A stretch of DNA of 64,000 bases from Clostridia bacterium (GCA_045601385.1 JAZRZM010000009.1:41666-105665); one strand, 5' to 3'. Numbered from the stretch's first letter, positions 44,701-52,518 are shown. Numbers and translations: made by a program. The notes: generated from the letters alone by a model not told the origin.

Positions 44701-47212
44701 TTTCTTCCGAAACGCCGCCCCGATAGGAGAACGAACGCAGTTGAGCGCAGTTTTCAAACGCGCCGTCGCCGACGTAAGTCAAACCGGCGGGAAGTGCGAC
44801 CGAAAGGAGCAGGGGACAGTCGGAAAACGCGAACGCGCCGATCTCGGACAGGTTCGACGCGGACGAAAAATCAACGTCCCGAACGGCGAGACAGGAGCGA
44901 AAAGCCTCTCTTCCTATGTGCGTCAATTCGGCGCAGAGGGTGACGGAGGTCATCCCGAGGCAGGCGCGACAGGCGTCGTTTGCGATCAGTCTCGTTCCGT
45001 TTCGTAAAGTAAGCGCGCCTTCGAAGGTCGGCTTGACTTTCAGAAGGACGTCGCCTGCGTAAATCGCGTCGCCCGGAGCCGATTGCAAAAACGCCGTTTC
45101 TTCAAAAGCGTTTTTACCGATATCGGTCAGGACGGTCGCGCTCGTCATGTCGACGTCCGCAAGAGAGGAGCAACCGTAAAAGGCGAAAGATCCGATCGTT
45201 TTGACCGAAGCGGGAATGACGACGGAACTGACGTCGGTATGTAAAAAGGCGTATTCGCCGATATTTTTCAGAGAAGAGGGCAAAGAAAGAGCCCCGCCGA
45301 GGGCGGAATCGGCAAAGGCATAGCCGCCGATATAGGTCGCTGCGGACGGCAGCGTAACCGTCGTAAGGGCGGCGCAGTTTTCAAAGACGCTTTCTTCGAC
45401 GCTACCGAGAGCCGTTCCGTTCAGATAAGCCGTTTCCAAAGAAACGTCGCCCTGGAAGGCGTTGCGACGGAGCGTGGTCAGGTTGGTCAGAAGAGAAAAG
45501 TCGATTTCGGTAAGATTGACGCACCCGGCAAAAGCCGCGATGCCGACAGAAACCGTTTCGACAGGCAAAATAAGGTTGCACAGGCTCGGGCAGTTATTGA
45601 AAGCGTAATTGCCGATCGCGGTAATCGAAGACGGCAGGTACGCTCCGGAAACGGGCGTTTCGTCATTGTAGAGTCTGACGTCGGAAAGGAGAGCGCACCC
45701 GGCGAAAAGGAAATCGCCGACGGACGTTATTTCGTCGGCAAGGAAGACGTGCGCGATCGCCGTCTGATAAGAAGCCCACGGCACGCTTGACGCGGAGGCA
45801 TAGTTCTTCGTCTTGCCCGTCCCTTTGACGACGAGGTCGTATTTATCCTCGTTGTCGAACAAATAGGCGTTTATTTCGTCGCGGTTTTTGTCGGCGGAAA
45901 TATCCCAGGTGCGTCTGACCGAACCGGTATCGACGTTTCCGCATTCTTTGCAAATGTGGTTCTTATATTCGTGGCTGTGCGCGGTCGCGACGATGCGCGC
46001 CGTTTTTTGTCGGCTGACAAGTCCGCAGAAACGGCATTCGTAATAATTATATTGATCGGTAAGGCAGGTCGCCGGCGAAGCCACCACGTCCGAAACGACG
46101 GTAAAGAGGTGCGCGCCCGTCGCCGTGTCGGGGACGGTTACCGTTTTTGACGTGTCGACCATACCGCACGTTTTGCATCGGGCGTATTCGACGCGGTCGT
46201 CTACGCAGGTGGCGTCGCTTGCCACAAAACCGCTCGGCTCGGAAAAGTCGTGCAGATTCGTCGCCGTCCCTTCCACTTCGTATACGAGGTTAATATCGTT
46301 GCTGGGCAGTCCGCAGTCGGCGCAAACGAGATAATAGATGTCGTTGTGACCGCAGTCGGCGGCTTTGCACAGGTGTTCTTTGTTTTTGACGGTAAACCGA
46401 TGCGGAAGACGGGAATCCGGCACGACGAACGTCTTTGTCGCGGAGCGGAACACCGCGCCGCAGACGACGCACGCGCAGTAGTCCTCCCGATCGGAAGTGC
46501 AGGTGGCTTGCTTGGCTGTAATACCGCTGTCGGCGGTGTAAAGATGCTCTCCGTTTGCGGTGTCGGGGACTTCGTAAACGTCTTTTTCGTCGCGGCTTAC
46601 TTCGTGACAAACGGCGCAGGAGTGATAGCGCAGTTCGTTTTCAGTGCAGATTGCCGGACGGAAAACGGAGTCGCTTTCCGCCGAAAAGTTATGTCCGACA
46701 GCCCGTATGACTTTCCCTTCGATAAGAACTTCGCGGCAGTCGAGACAGATTTTGTCTCCCGTATAGCCGTCTTCGGTACAGGTCGGGGCAAGATATCTTG
46801 TAAGAGCCGTCGCCTTGTGCTCGCACGTCGGGCGGATTTCTCCGCCGGGCGTTTGTTCTTCCCCTTTTTCCGTCATATCGGTCAGTACGGAAAACGAATC
46901 GCCTTCGAGGGCGACGTACAGCGTGTCGGGAGAGGACAAAAGGACGTTATCTTCTTCGGTGACGCTGAGAATCACGTTTTTATCGGTGCCGGTGTAAGAG
47001 CCTTTGCGGTAGTGCGTGTTCCGCTCGTCGTCGAGATAAATGTGCATAAACGTGCCGCCTTGCAGTTGCAGCGTGCCGTTTGTCGGAGAAAAATACGTAC
47101 CGTCTTCACGTACGGTTTGCTCGGGCGGCGTATCCTCGTTTGTGCACGATGAAAAAATCGGCAAACAGACCGCCAAAACGATGCAAACAAAAAGTATTAT
47201 TTTCTTTTTCAT
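38783..47212 (-). CDS. giant (2809 aa) surface lipoprotein: His/Cys modules, BspA-type LRR block, Tyr-rich repeat region, second LRR block, C-terminal Big_2 domain
   Basis: Signal peptide with lipobox-like FSSC. About 6 H-x(12-16)-C-x(8-10)-C-x2-C modules (about 45890-46840). LRR_5 units (about 43660-45770 and 39060-40460). About 28 units with a tYYYd..G.vY.d core (about 40460-43460). Big_2-like AAVNASGLVTAQNSGSTAIIATI (38786-39040). GGAGA RBS and a consensus promoter upstream. Confidence 0.9.
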   Translation of the reverse strand: MKKKIILFVCIVLAVCLPIFSSCTNEDTPPEQTVREDGTYFSPTNGTLQLQGGTFMHIYLDDERNTHYRKGSYTGTDKNVILSVTEEDNVLLSSPDTLYVALEGDSFSVLTDMTEKGEEQTPGGEIRPTCEHKATALTRYLAPTCTEDGYTGDKICLDCREVLIEGKVIRAVGHNFSAESDSVFRPAICTENELRYHSCAVCHEVSRDEKDVYEVPDTANGEHLYTADSGITAKQATCTSDREDYCACVVCGAVFRSATKTFVVPDSRLPHRFTVKNKEHLCKAADCGHNDIYYLVCADCGLPSNDINLVYEVEGTATNLHDFSEPSGFVASDATCVDDRVEYARCKTCGMVDTSKTVTVPDTATGAHLFTVVSDVVASPATCLTDQYNYYECRFCGLVSRQKTARIVATAHSHEYKNHICKECGNVDTGSVRRTWDISADKNRDEINAYLFDNEDKYDLVVKGTGKTKNYASASSVPWASYQTAIAHVFLADEITSVGDFLFAGCALLSDVRLYNDETPVSGAYLPSSITAIGNYAFNNCPSLCNLILPVETVSVGIAAFAGCVNLTEIDFSLLTNLTTLRRNAFQGDVSLETAYLNGTALGSVEESVFENCAALTTVTLPSAATYIGGYAFADSALGGALSLPSSLKNIGEYAFLHTDVSSVVIPASVKTIGSFAFYGCSSLADVDMTSATVLTDIGKNAFEETAFLQSAPGDAIYAGDVLLKVKPTFEGALTLRNGTRLIANDACRACLGMTSVTLCAELTHIGREAFRSCLAVRDVDFSSASNLSEIGAFAFSDCPLLLSVALPAGLTYVGDGAFENCAQLRSFSYRGGVSEENDILKNTHIFEVYRPNDGSADFSATVVHTDDFSAPTVIDSDDDFVYAYYDEKGYLIGYKQTSRTEISLPLTFDCNGKKVTSYAVGDFAFAMSSYYPQMVNLVIPSSVESIGKNAFADCATLETIDMSLSVRSVGEKAFYNTAFYNDKKNWNNVSLYLPTRDDDGEKYYLIEVAPTKETAVTKLSVQANTVVIADKAFEKCVDLTSLTFPDSVRTMGAHLLDTCTKLVDLTLPVVGKSKNEEGYLGFLFGADGYEQNALVLPPSLTAVNVISCDAIPEYAFYECSSLQTVTLSSSVENVGKYAFFNCSSTALTVGGELRSVGEYAFYNCTGLRSVEFSSALKEIPRYAFFHTGLIETVLPGGTKTVGEYAFAECYLMYSLTVGNAVASLGVGAFRNCINLVTVLLGSGLNGNEGTIDVSARSLTLGSTTYYYGDSGTIYGPDNVGTINKSDLTFTLNDVDYYYDDGTLYADPSLDSPYALPASSISVTDGVIEIGQKVYTFDKNKRAVFANAEKTVQVEDVCFDPSEKKFTYAGTVTYYYNTAGAIYSDVGLHNRILNTSINTASRSFIVVPGGASYYYNGSAVYFDRENQSPYVGASIDTSAKSIVMPMMYTYYYDGATVYGNSTKTLVVENASVSEADNSYAIDGTTYYYGEKCAVFIGEKPLVGAYIDFNDDFKKVKSVYLPEALSYYFDSTGSMFADSERRNNYSGSLMNAISTSFNVLGKTYYYDGDGKVYSDSAKTALIDGMRVSKTLTITEHPLYYYGADGKIYYDQTKYKPVEDASIDLTNRVFILNGNSYSYDATNGYIYSYGTTTRIDSSSGINTTLKTIAFPTDVTYYYTDNGFVYRDAALTNRVGGTEIDVNEMTYSVHTTRYFAGQDGKYYTNEALTGSPVENMGIARDATLPINVVYFFNGNNVYTSYAKTPDALLDADKYKINVIATPSTLMMNGTTYYFNSALAKAPVYTDPAMSDEYAGAYVCRSNGYFVFPTMRSLSYVTDGTVYTSNALTTQEKHVSFDTTAKTCTVYDRFYYTNDLVYADQDKHALTTNSFNRTGYSFTHGGTTYYFDDAGKVYSDSGKTSLIAGMSVSTTDGAYNVPFATYYYNDKYEVFTDRKMNEISKVNGAVVSQEGTVKVSVGSVYYFDKFGYVYADRDFKNILSSVRISLKNNTYSVYSTYYYYNESGEVYTSSDLATLADEITVSPKSGVVFIDETKLYFNQNKVYSSVSKTHDYVVDGAFIDVDNDILTADEEYYLKDGGIYIDREHGAIDVAEKSFTVGSVTYSYGQSGDETGIYTDMYVGDIFLAENRFSVSDVDYYLSGTEIKTAVGSVNTVEKSIVLNENNYSYNGGMLYDENLQNAGVIDEGLQKITLGGIEYFYENDGTILKNVGSINHAAHTLTVNSVTYTFDGEKVYRKIRKREIEEDCFVGCEKLVEVRNISSVVLNMGQNNYGSVAKYALRIVTTDASELKFDDEIDKKFLLMYVGGEYYLLGYIGQESSAVMPSEYNRVHPTYSLYKYAFAKNYVLKNITFSNNVAAVSDYAFYQCENLSRVTFGSAQTSIGKYAFAMSSLPEISLPSNLVTVGDYAFLSCADLSVVTFGSKVKTVGTGAFSDCVALTYVTLPSSLTSIGTKAFYGCTAVTELSVPSFTSASIGTKAFGYLTSLKKVTWKAFITLNASSEIFFRSGDKQSGIAFGFDALATVPAYLTYTQLAKDAPYVTSVSLAAGITKIGAYAFMRASIRLLELPSTLTSVDTHAFAESSVTRVAFPSTLTSLGSYAFQNASALEEATFSTGLTALPEGAFYGCAKLTVVSLPASIKTIGQSAFFGCENLRLLGMSSGVTSVGANALSGCDALLYVYIVGSDSYDIARFGAGNDALDGATFIYAFFENPSVVLSRGSTTRNTLSFEKDGEAYAPTSIAYQSSSVACAAVNASGLVTAQNSGSTAIIATITDRVNIASVTYTISLAVSYNVAVA

Positions 47213-47258
47213 AGTTTATCTCCGAGCGCGCATGTCGCGCAAATAATATCTCGTATAA

Positions 47259-47287
47259 ATTATATAATATAGACATTATAAAGTCAA
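47259..47287 (-). promoter_or_regulatory. consensus sigma-70 promoter of the giant surface-protein gene
   Basis: Minus strand: TTGACT (47287-47282), 17-nt spacer, TATAAT (47264-47259). About 40-nt leader with a GCGCG/CGCGC hairpin and a GGAGA RBS. Confidence 0.7.
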
Positions 47288-47292
47288 TACCG

Positions 47293-47322
47293 AAAAACGC
47301 GCCCCGAAGACGGGACGCGTTT
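47293..47322 (-). terminator. rho-independent terminator of the ferritin-like gene
   Basis: Minus strand: AAACGCGTCCCG-TCTT-CGGGGCGCGTTT (12-bp stem, tetraloop), then a T tract. Lies immediately upstream of the next promoter. Confidence 0.8.
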
Positions 47323-47400
47323 GCGTGGGGAAAAGCGGTTACGTTTTCGTTTTTACGCTCCGTATGCGCTTTTTCGGCGTGTAAAAAGGATAATTTTACC

Positions 47401-48666
47401 TTAAAAAACCGAATTTACTTTGACTTTGGTGCGGGCGAGAGAGATTTCGTCGACGGTGCGGTCCTGTAATTCACGAATGGGGTTTGCCGCGATTTCCGAG
47501 CGGTAATCGGTGCCGAATTTATCGATATGACGGTCGATGACGATATGGCTGGGCACTTTGCTGCCGTCGCCGCAGAGCATACCTTGGTAGGTGAAGAAAT
47601 CGGCTCCGTCTTTCAGAGAAGAAATATCGGTGTAGTCCTCCCAAAAAGCGGTTTCGCGGACGGTGTTTTGCAGGACGTTGCGGATATATTCTTTACGCGG
47701 CTTGAAAGAAAGCAACTCGGGGAATTCGCCGCCGGGGATGACCTGTTGCCATTCGACGCCGCCTTTTTCGCGCAGGGTGTCCTTGGCAAAGTGCAGGTGC
47801 GCTATTTCGATGACGAGGTGATCCTGCCATATTTTTTTGATATAAGGATCGGTTTCGTCCATATAAGCCGAATAGTACAGATAGCACTCGGTGTATTCGT
47901 GCATGAGCCACTGCTTGTACCAGTCGGCGGAGGAGTCGGCAAGAGAGCCGTAGCGCGTGACGTGGTCTTCTTCGATCAGAGCGATTTCCGAGTAAAGTTC
48001 GCGCCCGAGGTCGGACAGGTAGAAAGCCGATTGATTCATATAGTAGTTCATCGTTTGCTGTTCGGCGGCGGTCAGGATACAAACGCCGAGTTTGGACGAA
48101 AGGTCGGCGGAACTTTTTTGCGGACGGCACACTTTGTCGAACGGGTGACGGTGTTCGCTTATGGTAGGTCTCCCGGGCATGATTTCCGTATAGCCGCCGA
48201 CGAGTTTTTCGGCGGGAACGCCCGATTCGAAGTTGAGAAGATCGGCAAAGCGATACAGGTGGTCGAAGTCTTCGAGCAAAGCGAAATCCATTGCGTGCTT
48301 GATATAAGGATCTTTTTCGCGCGCGGCGAGGTTGGCGGTGAGATCGACGGCGAGTTGTTCGTACGAAATCGTCGTTTCCAGCACGCTTTCGCCGATCGGT
48401 TTGAGGCAGGCGATTTTTTTCTGCTGTTGTTGCTCGGTTCCGCGGACAAGCGCGAGGCGGCGGCGGACGTCGTTATCGGTGCAATGGCGCGAAAAGTTAT
48501 GCGAAAAGAAGACGGCTTCGTATTCGGCGCCGTTGAGAAGAATGCATCTTACTTTCGTGTAGGGATCGACGTCGCCTTGTTTGTACGACTTCGGGTACAT
48601 TTGCGAAAAATCAATAAACAGTTTGTCGATTTTTTCGGGTTTTTCCTTGAACGGGTTAAAAGACAT
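47401..48666 (-). CDS. uncharacterised ferritin-like (putative di-iron carboxylate) protein
   Basis: 421-aa ORF with paired E...ExxH-type motifs (AEYEA, LLEDFDHLY, AAEQQ, IEEDHVTRY) plus EIAHLHF. No family name recognised. Confidence 0.65.
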   Translation of the reverse strand: MSFNPFKEKPEKIDKLFIDFSQMYPKSYKQGDVDPYTKVRCILLNGAEYEAVFFSHNFSRHCTDNDVRRRLALVRGTEQQQQKKIACLKPIGESVLETTISYEQLAVDLTANLAAREKDPYIKHAMDFALLEDFDHLYRFADLLNFESGVPAEKLVGGYTEIMPGRPTISEHRHPFDKVCRPQKSSADLSSKLGVCILTAAEQQTMNYYMNQSAFYLSDLGRELYSEIALIEEDHVTRYGSLADSSADWYKQWLMHEYTECYLYYSAYMDETDPYIKKIWQDHLVIEIAHLHFAKDTLREKGGVEWQQVIPGGEFPELLSFKPRKEYIRNVLQNTVRETAFWEDYTDISSLKDGADFFTYQGMLCGDGSKVPSHIVIDRHIDKFGTDYRSEIAANPIRELQDRTVDEISLARTKVKVNSVF

Positions 48667-48771
48667 TGTTTTTTTGTTCTCCTTGTTTCAGAATTTTCAC
48701 GTTTGATTATTTACCGAAAAAAGTGCGTTATACCCGTTGTCGTTTGCTTTTTTTTGTGCTATGATAAGGAC

Positions 48772-49842
48772 ATGAAAAAGAAAGTAATCGTCGGCATGAG
48801 CGGCGGTGTGGACAGCAGTGTGGCGGCGTTTCTTCTCAAAGAGCAGGGATACGACGTCATCGGTCTGTTTATGCATAATTGGAAAGAAACCGACGATAAC
48901 GGTTGTTGCACGGCAGAGGACGACTATACCGACGTACGCCGCGTCTGCGATAAAATCGGTATACCGTATTATTCGGTCGATTTTTCGGAAGAATATTACA
49001 GCGAGGTCTTTTCGCACTTTGTGGACGAATATAAAAAAGGCAGGACGCCCAACCCGGATATATTGTGCAACAGTCGGATAAAATTCGGCGCTTTCCGCGA
49101 TCGCGCCCTTTCGTTGGGTGCGGAATATCTCGCGACGGGACACTACTGCGGCGTCGAACGGACGCCTTCGGGCGCTCACCTTTTGCGCGCTTTTGACGAA
49201 AACAAGGATCAAACGTACTTTTTGAATCAAGTGAGCAAAGAGCAGATAAGCAACGTGCTTTTCCCTCTGTCCGATTTGCCCAAACCCGAAGTCAGAAAAA
49301 TCGCCGAAAAAATCGGTCTTTCGACGGCTTACAAAAAAGACTCCACCGGCGTGTGCTTTATCGGCGAAAGAAATTTTCGCAGGTTTTTAGCGCAGTATAT
49401 CCCGATGAAAGAGGGCGAAATCCGCACCCTTGACGGCAAGATCGTGGGCAAACACGAGGGCGTATACTACTATACGATCGGGCAGCATAAAGGCTTCGGC
49501 GTGGGAGGAATCAAGGGCGAAAAGAACGAAAACCCGTGGTACGTCGTCCGAAAAGACGTCGTAAATAATATTCTGTATGTGCATCAGGGCGAAGTGCCCG
49601 AGATGTATACCGACGTTCTGACGACCGAAAAATTCCACTTTATCAACGAAAGTATCCCGTCGGGCAGCCGTGTGCTTGCCCGTATCCGTCACCGTCAACC
49701 GTTGCAAAGCGCAACCGTTTATTTTGACGAAAACGGCGAAGCGCGCGTCGAATTCGACCAAAAACAGCGTGCCGTGACGGGCGGTCAGTATTGCGTTTTG
49801 TACGACGGCAGGATCTGCCTCGGCGGAGGATGTATCAAATAA
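48772..49842 (+). CDS. mnmA: tRNA 2-thiouridine(34) synthase MnmA
   Basis: PP-loop VIVGMSGGVDSSVAA, followed by NPDILCN and HYLATGHY-type blocks (ATGHYCG). The ORF-track 5' extension (47527-48771) is antisense to the neighbouring gene. Confidence 0.95.
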   Translation: MKKKVIVGMSGGVDSSVAAFLLKEQGYDVIGLFMHNWKETDDNGCCTAEDDYTDVRRVCDKIGIPYYSVDFSEEYYSEVFSHFVDEYKKGRTPNPDILCNSRIKFGAFRDRALSLGAEYLATGHYCGVERTPSGAHLLRAFDENKDQTYFLNQVSKEQISNVLFPLSDLPKPEVRKIAEKIGLSTAYKKDSTGVCFIGERNFRRFLAQYIPMKEGEIRTLDGKIVGKHEGVYYYTIGQHKGFGVGGIKGEKNENPWYVVRKDVVNNILYVHQGEVPEMYTDVLTTEKFHFINESIPSGSRVLARIRHRQPLQSATVYFDENGEARVEFDQKQRAVTGGQYCVLYDGRICLGGGCIK

Positions 49843-49843
49843 T

Positions 49844-50755
49844 ATGAAGAAAAATCCGCTTCCCGTCCTTTCGGTCATTCTCGGTGGCGTCTTGTGGGGA
49901 TTCCTCGGCTTTTGGGTAACCAATATATCGAAAAGAGGATTCGATTCTTTGCAAATTTGCCTTCTGCGAATGCTTGTCGCGTCCGTCTCTTTCGTCGTAA
50001 TCGACCTTTTTACGGGCATAAAAAAACTGAAAATAAATCCGAAAGATATATGGGTTTTTGTTTGCACGGGCGTCGTCAGCGTCGTCTTCTTTAACGTTTG
50101 CTATTTCTATACCGTCATCCATTCGCAGTCGTCGATAGCCGTCGTGCTTATGTATACGTCGCCGATTTTCATCATGATACTTTCGGCGATATTTTTCAAA
50201 GAAAAAATCACTTTGCAAAAAGTCATCGCCCTTCTTCTGACTTTCGCCGGGTGCGTGCTGGTCGCGGGCGTGTTCGGGGGTGGCTATCGCTTGGCGCCGC
50301 TTGTGCTTCTTACGGGCATCGGCTCGGGGCTTTTTTACGGTCTGTATACGATTTTCGGACGCGTCGCGCTGAAAAAATACGACGCGGGCGTATTGACGAC
50401 ATATACGTTCATTTTCGGCTTTATCGGTTCGCTCCCGATCGGGAATATTCCAAAAACCGTTTCTATGCTTATCGCCGATCCGGTATCCGTACTGTGGTTT
50501 TTGGGTATCGGTATCGTCGGTACGGTGCTTCCTTATTTCTTTTACACATGGGGGTTGAAACGGATGGAGTCGAGCAAGGCGTCCATTCTTGTCGCCGTCG
50601 AACCGGTGGTCGGCTCGATCGTGGGGATGACCGTTTTCCAAGAAAGCCGCGACGTACCCAAAATAATCGGGATTGCGTTGATTATCGCCGCGATCGTTCT
50701 GATGAATATCAATTTCCGTTTGTTGGGAAAGGGGAAAGAAAAAAGCGGTTTGTAA
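49844..50755 (+). CDS. EamA/DMT-family transporter
   Basis: 10-TM protein made of two EamA-like halves. Starts 1 nt after the mnmA stop. Confidence 0.8.
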   Translation: MKKNPLPVLSVILGGVLWGFLGFWVTNISKRGFDSLQICLLRMLVASVSFVVIDLFTGIKKLKINPKDIWVFVCTGVVSVVFFNVCYFYTVIHSQSSIAVVLMYTSPIFIMILSAIFFKEKITLQKVIALLLTFAGCVLVAGVFGGGYRLAPLVLLTGIGSGLFYGLYTIFGRVALKKYDAGVLTTYTFIFGFIGSLPIGNIPKTVSMLIADPVSVLWFLGIGIVGTVLPYFFYTWGLKRMESSKASILVAVEPVVGSIVGMTVFQESRDVPKIIGIALIIAAIVLMNINFRLLGKGKEKSGL

Positions 50756-50839
50756 ACTTTTTTCCGAAAACGTCTCTTGCTTTTTTTCCGTTTGTGTGTC
50801 ATACTTATTGTAATAAAAAAGCAACTTACGGAGGAAACC

Positions 50840-52495
50840 ATGACTTGTTTGAAGTGCAAGATTTCAAAAAAACTTTTACGCCAAAGTCAGATCACGACCT
50901 TGTATTCGAAAGAGCCGTACGATAACGGACTTTGCCTGACGCCGCCGATGGGGTGGAACAGTTGGAACTATTTTAAGGAAAACATCAACGAAAAGATGCT
51001 TCTCGAAATGGCGAAAGCCATAAAGGAAAGCGGGCTTCTTGACGCGGGGTATCAATATCTGAACCTGGATGACTACTGGGAGGCGGATCGCCGCGACGAG
51101 GACGGAAAACTCGAAAGCGACGTCGTCAAGTTTCCCCACGGTATGCGCCACTTTGTCGAAGAGGTCAACAAACTCGGTTTCAAAGCCGGTATATATTCCA
51201 GCAACGGCACGCTCACTTGCCAAAGTCTGCCGGCGTCGCTCGGCAACGAATACCGCGACGCGTTGCAGTTTGCCAAATGGGGTATCGAATATCTGAAATA
51301 CGATTTTTGTTATCATAAGTATTCTTCACAGCGCGGTCCCGAACTTTTCGGCATCACCGTAACGCCGCTCGGCAGCGACGAAGAAACGGTTATTCCGGCG
51401 AAGAACGCCGCTCTGTCCGGTACGGCAAAGATCGTCCGCGCCGCTTGCAACCACCACCCCGATTCAAAGAAAAAGGTCGACGTTATCGTCGGGCTGAACG
51501 CTAACCGCGGTATGGCGACTTTCGCTTTCGACGCTCCCTCGGATGGAAAATACGTCGTGACGCTCGACACGCGTTATCCGTTCAAAACGAGCAATCTGAA
51601 AGACGAAATAATGGCTGCCGTCCGCGTAAACGACGACGAGCCGAAGTTTATCGAACCCGGTCCGACCACTCGTCCGTGCCGCGTCGCGCCGTACAGAGTC
51701 GTCGTTTCTTTCAAAAAAGGCAACAACGTCATTCGCGTTTTCAACCCCATCGGCAGCCGCGCCGACAGTTCTTTGATCAATTATAAGACCATGAGCGACG
51801 CGCTGAAAAAAGCCGTCGAAACGTATACCGCCGAGACGGGCGAAAAGAGAAACCCGATCGCTTTTTCGGTATGCGAATGGGGCTCGAATAAGCCGTGGGA
51901 ATGGGGTAGCACGGTCGCCAACCTGTGGCGCACGACGGGCGACATTTCTTGGACGTGGAACAGCATCGTGGACTTGTACGAAAAGAACGTCGTCCTTTAT
52001 AAGTACGCTTCTTGCGGACACTGGAACGATCCCGATATGCTCGAAGTGGGCAACGGCAAACTGACGATCGACGAAAACCGCGCCCACTTTGCTTTGTGGT
52101 GCATGATGGCGGCTCCTCTTCTCCTCGGAAACGACATCGTCAATATGAAAAAAGAGCATCTCGATATTCTCATCGACAAAGATTTGATCGCCGTCGACCA
52201 AGACGCCCTCGGTAAGCAGGCAAAGCGTATCATCGGCGGTCGCGGCGCAAAAATCGACGTTCTCGTCCGTCCCCTGCAAGACGGTTCGATTGCGCTCCTT
52301 GCTTTGAACAAATCGAAAAAAGAACTCCCGTTTTCGTTTGAACTCGGTTCTCTCAAAGGAGAGGAATACGTCAAGGCAAACGCAAAAGAACGGTATGAAA
52401 CTTTTGAATTGTGCGAAAAACAAACTCAAAAGGACGTGTCCGCGATCGAGACGACGATTCGTCCGCACGCGGTAAAACTCTGGAAACTCTATTGA
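50840..52495 (+). CDS. GH27 alpha-galactosidase with a ~180-aa beta-sandwich (CBM-like) insertion
   Basis: LTPPMGWNSWN, YLNLDDYW, nucleophile block YLKYDFC (51297-51311), then an insertion before FSVCEWG (about 51864), then NDPDMLEVG. ATG follows a GGAGG RBS. Confidence 0.85.
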   Translation: MTCLKCKISKKLLRQSQITTLYSKEPYDNGLCLTPPMGWNSWNYFKENINEKMLLEMAKAIKESGLLDAGYQYLNLDDYWEADRRDEDGKLESDVVKFPHGMRHFVEEVNKLGFKAGIYSSNGTLTCQSLPASLGNEYRDALQFAKWGIEYLKYDFCYHKYSSQRGPELFGITVTPLGSDEETVIPAKNAALSGTAKIVRAACNHHPDSKKKVDVIVGLNANRGMATFAFDAPSDGKYVVTLDTRYPFKTSNLKDEIMAAVRVNDDEPKFIEPGPTTRPCRVAPYRVVVSFKKGNNVIRVFNPIGSRADSSLINYKTMSDALKKAVETYTAETGEKRNPIAFSVCEWGSNKPWEWGSTVANLWRTTGDISWTWNSIVDLYEKNVVLYKYASCGHWNDPDMLEVGNGKLTIDENRAHFALWCMMAAPLLLGNDIVNMKKEHLDILIDKDLIAVDQDALGKQAKRIIGGRGAKIDVLVRPLQDGSIALLALNKSKKELPFSFELGSLKGEEYVKANAKERYETFELCEKQTQKDVSAIETTIRPHAVKLWKLY

Positions 52496-52518
52496 TTTTT
52501 CCGCAAAAAAAAACGAAG

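Noticed and set aside
47527-48771. 415-codon N-terminal extension of mnmA in the ORF track (771-aa ORF)
   Set aside because: The extension is antisense to the ferritin-like gene and has no motif content. MnmA starts at the PP-loop-proximal ATG 48772 (MKKKVIVGMSGGVDSS).
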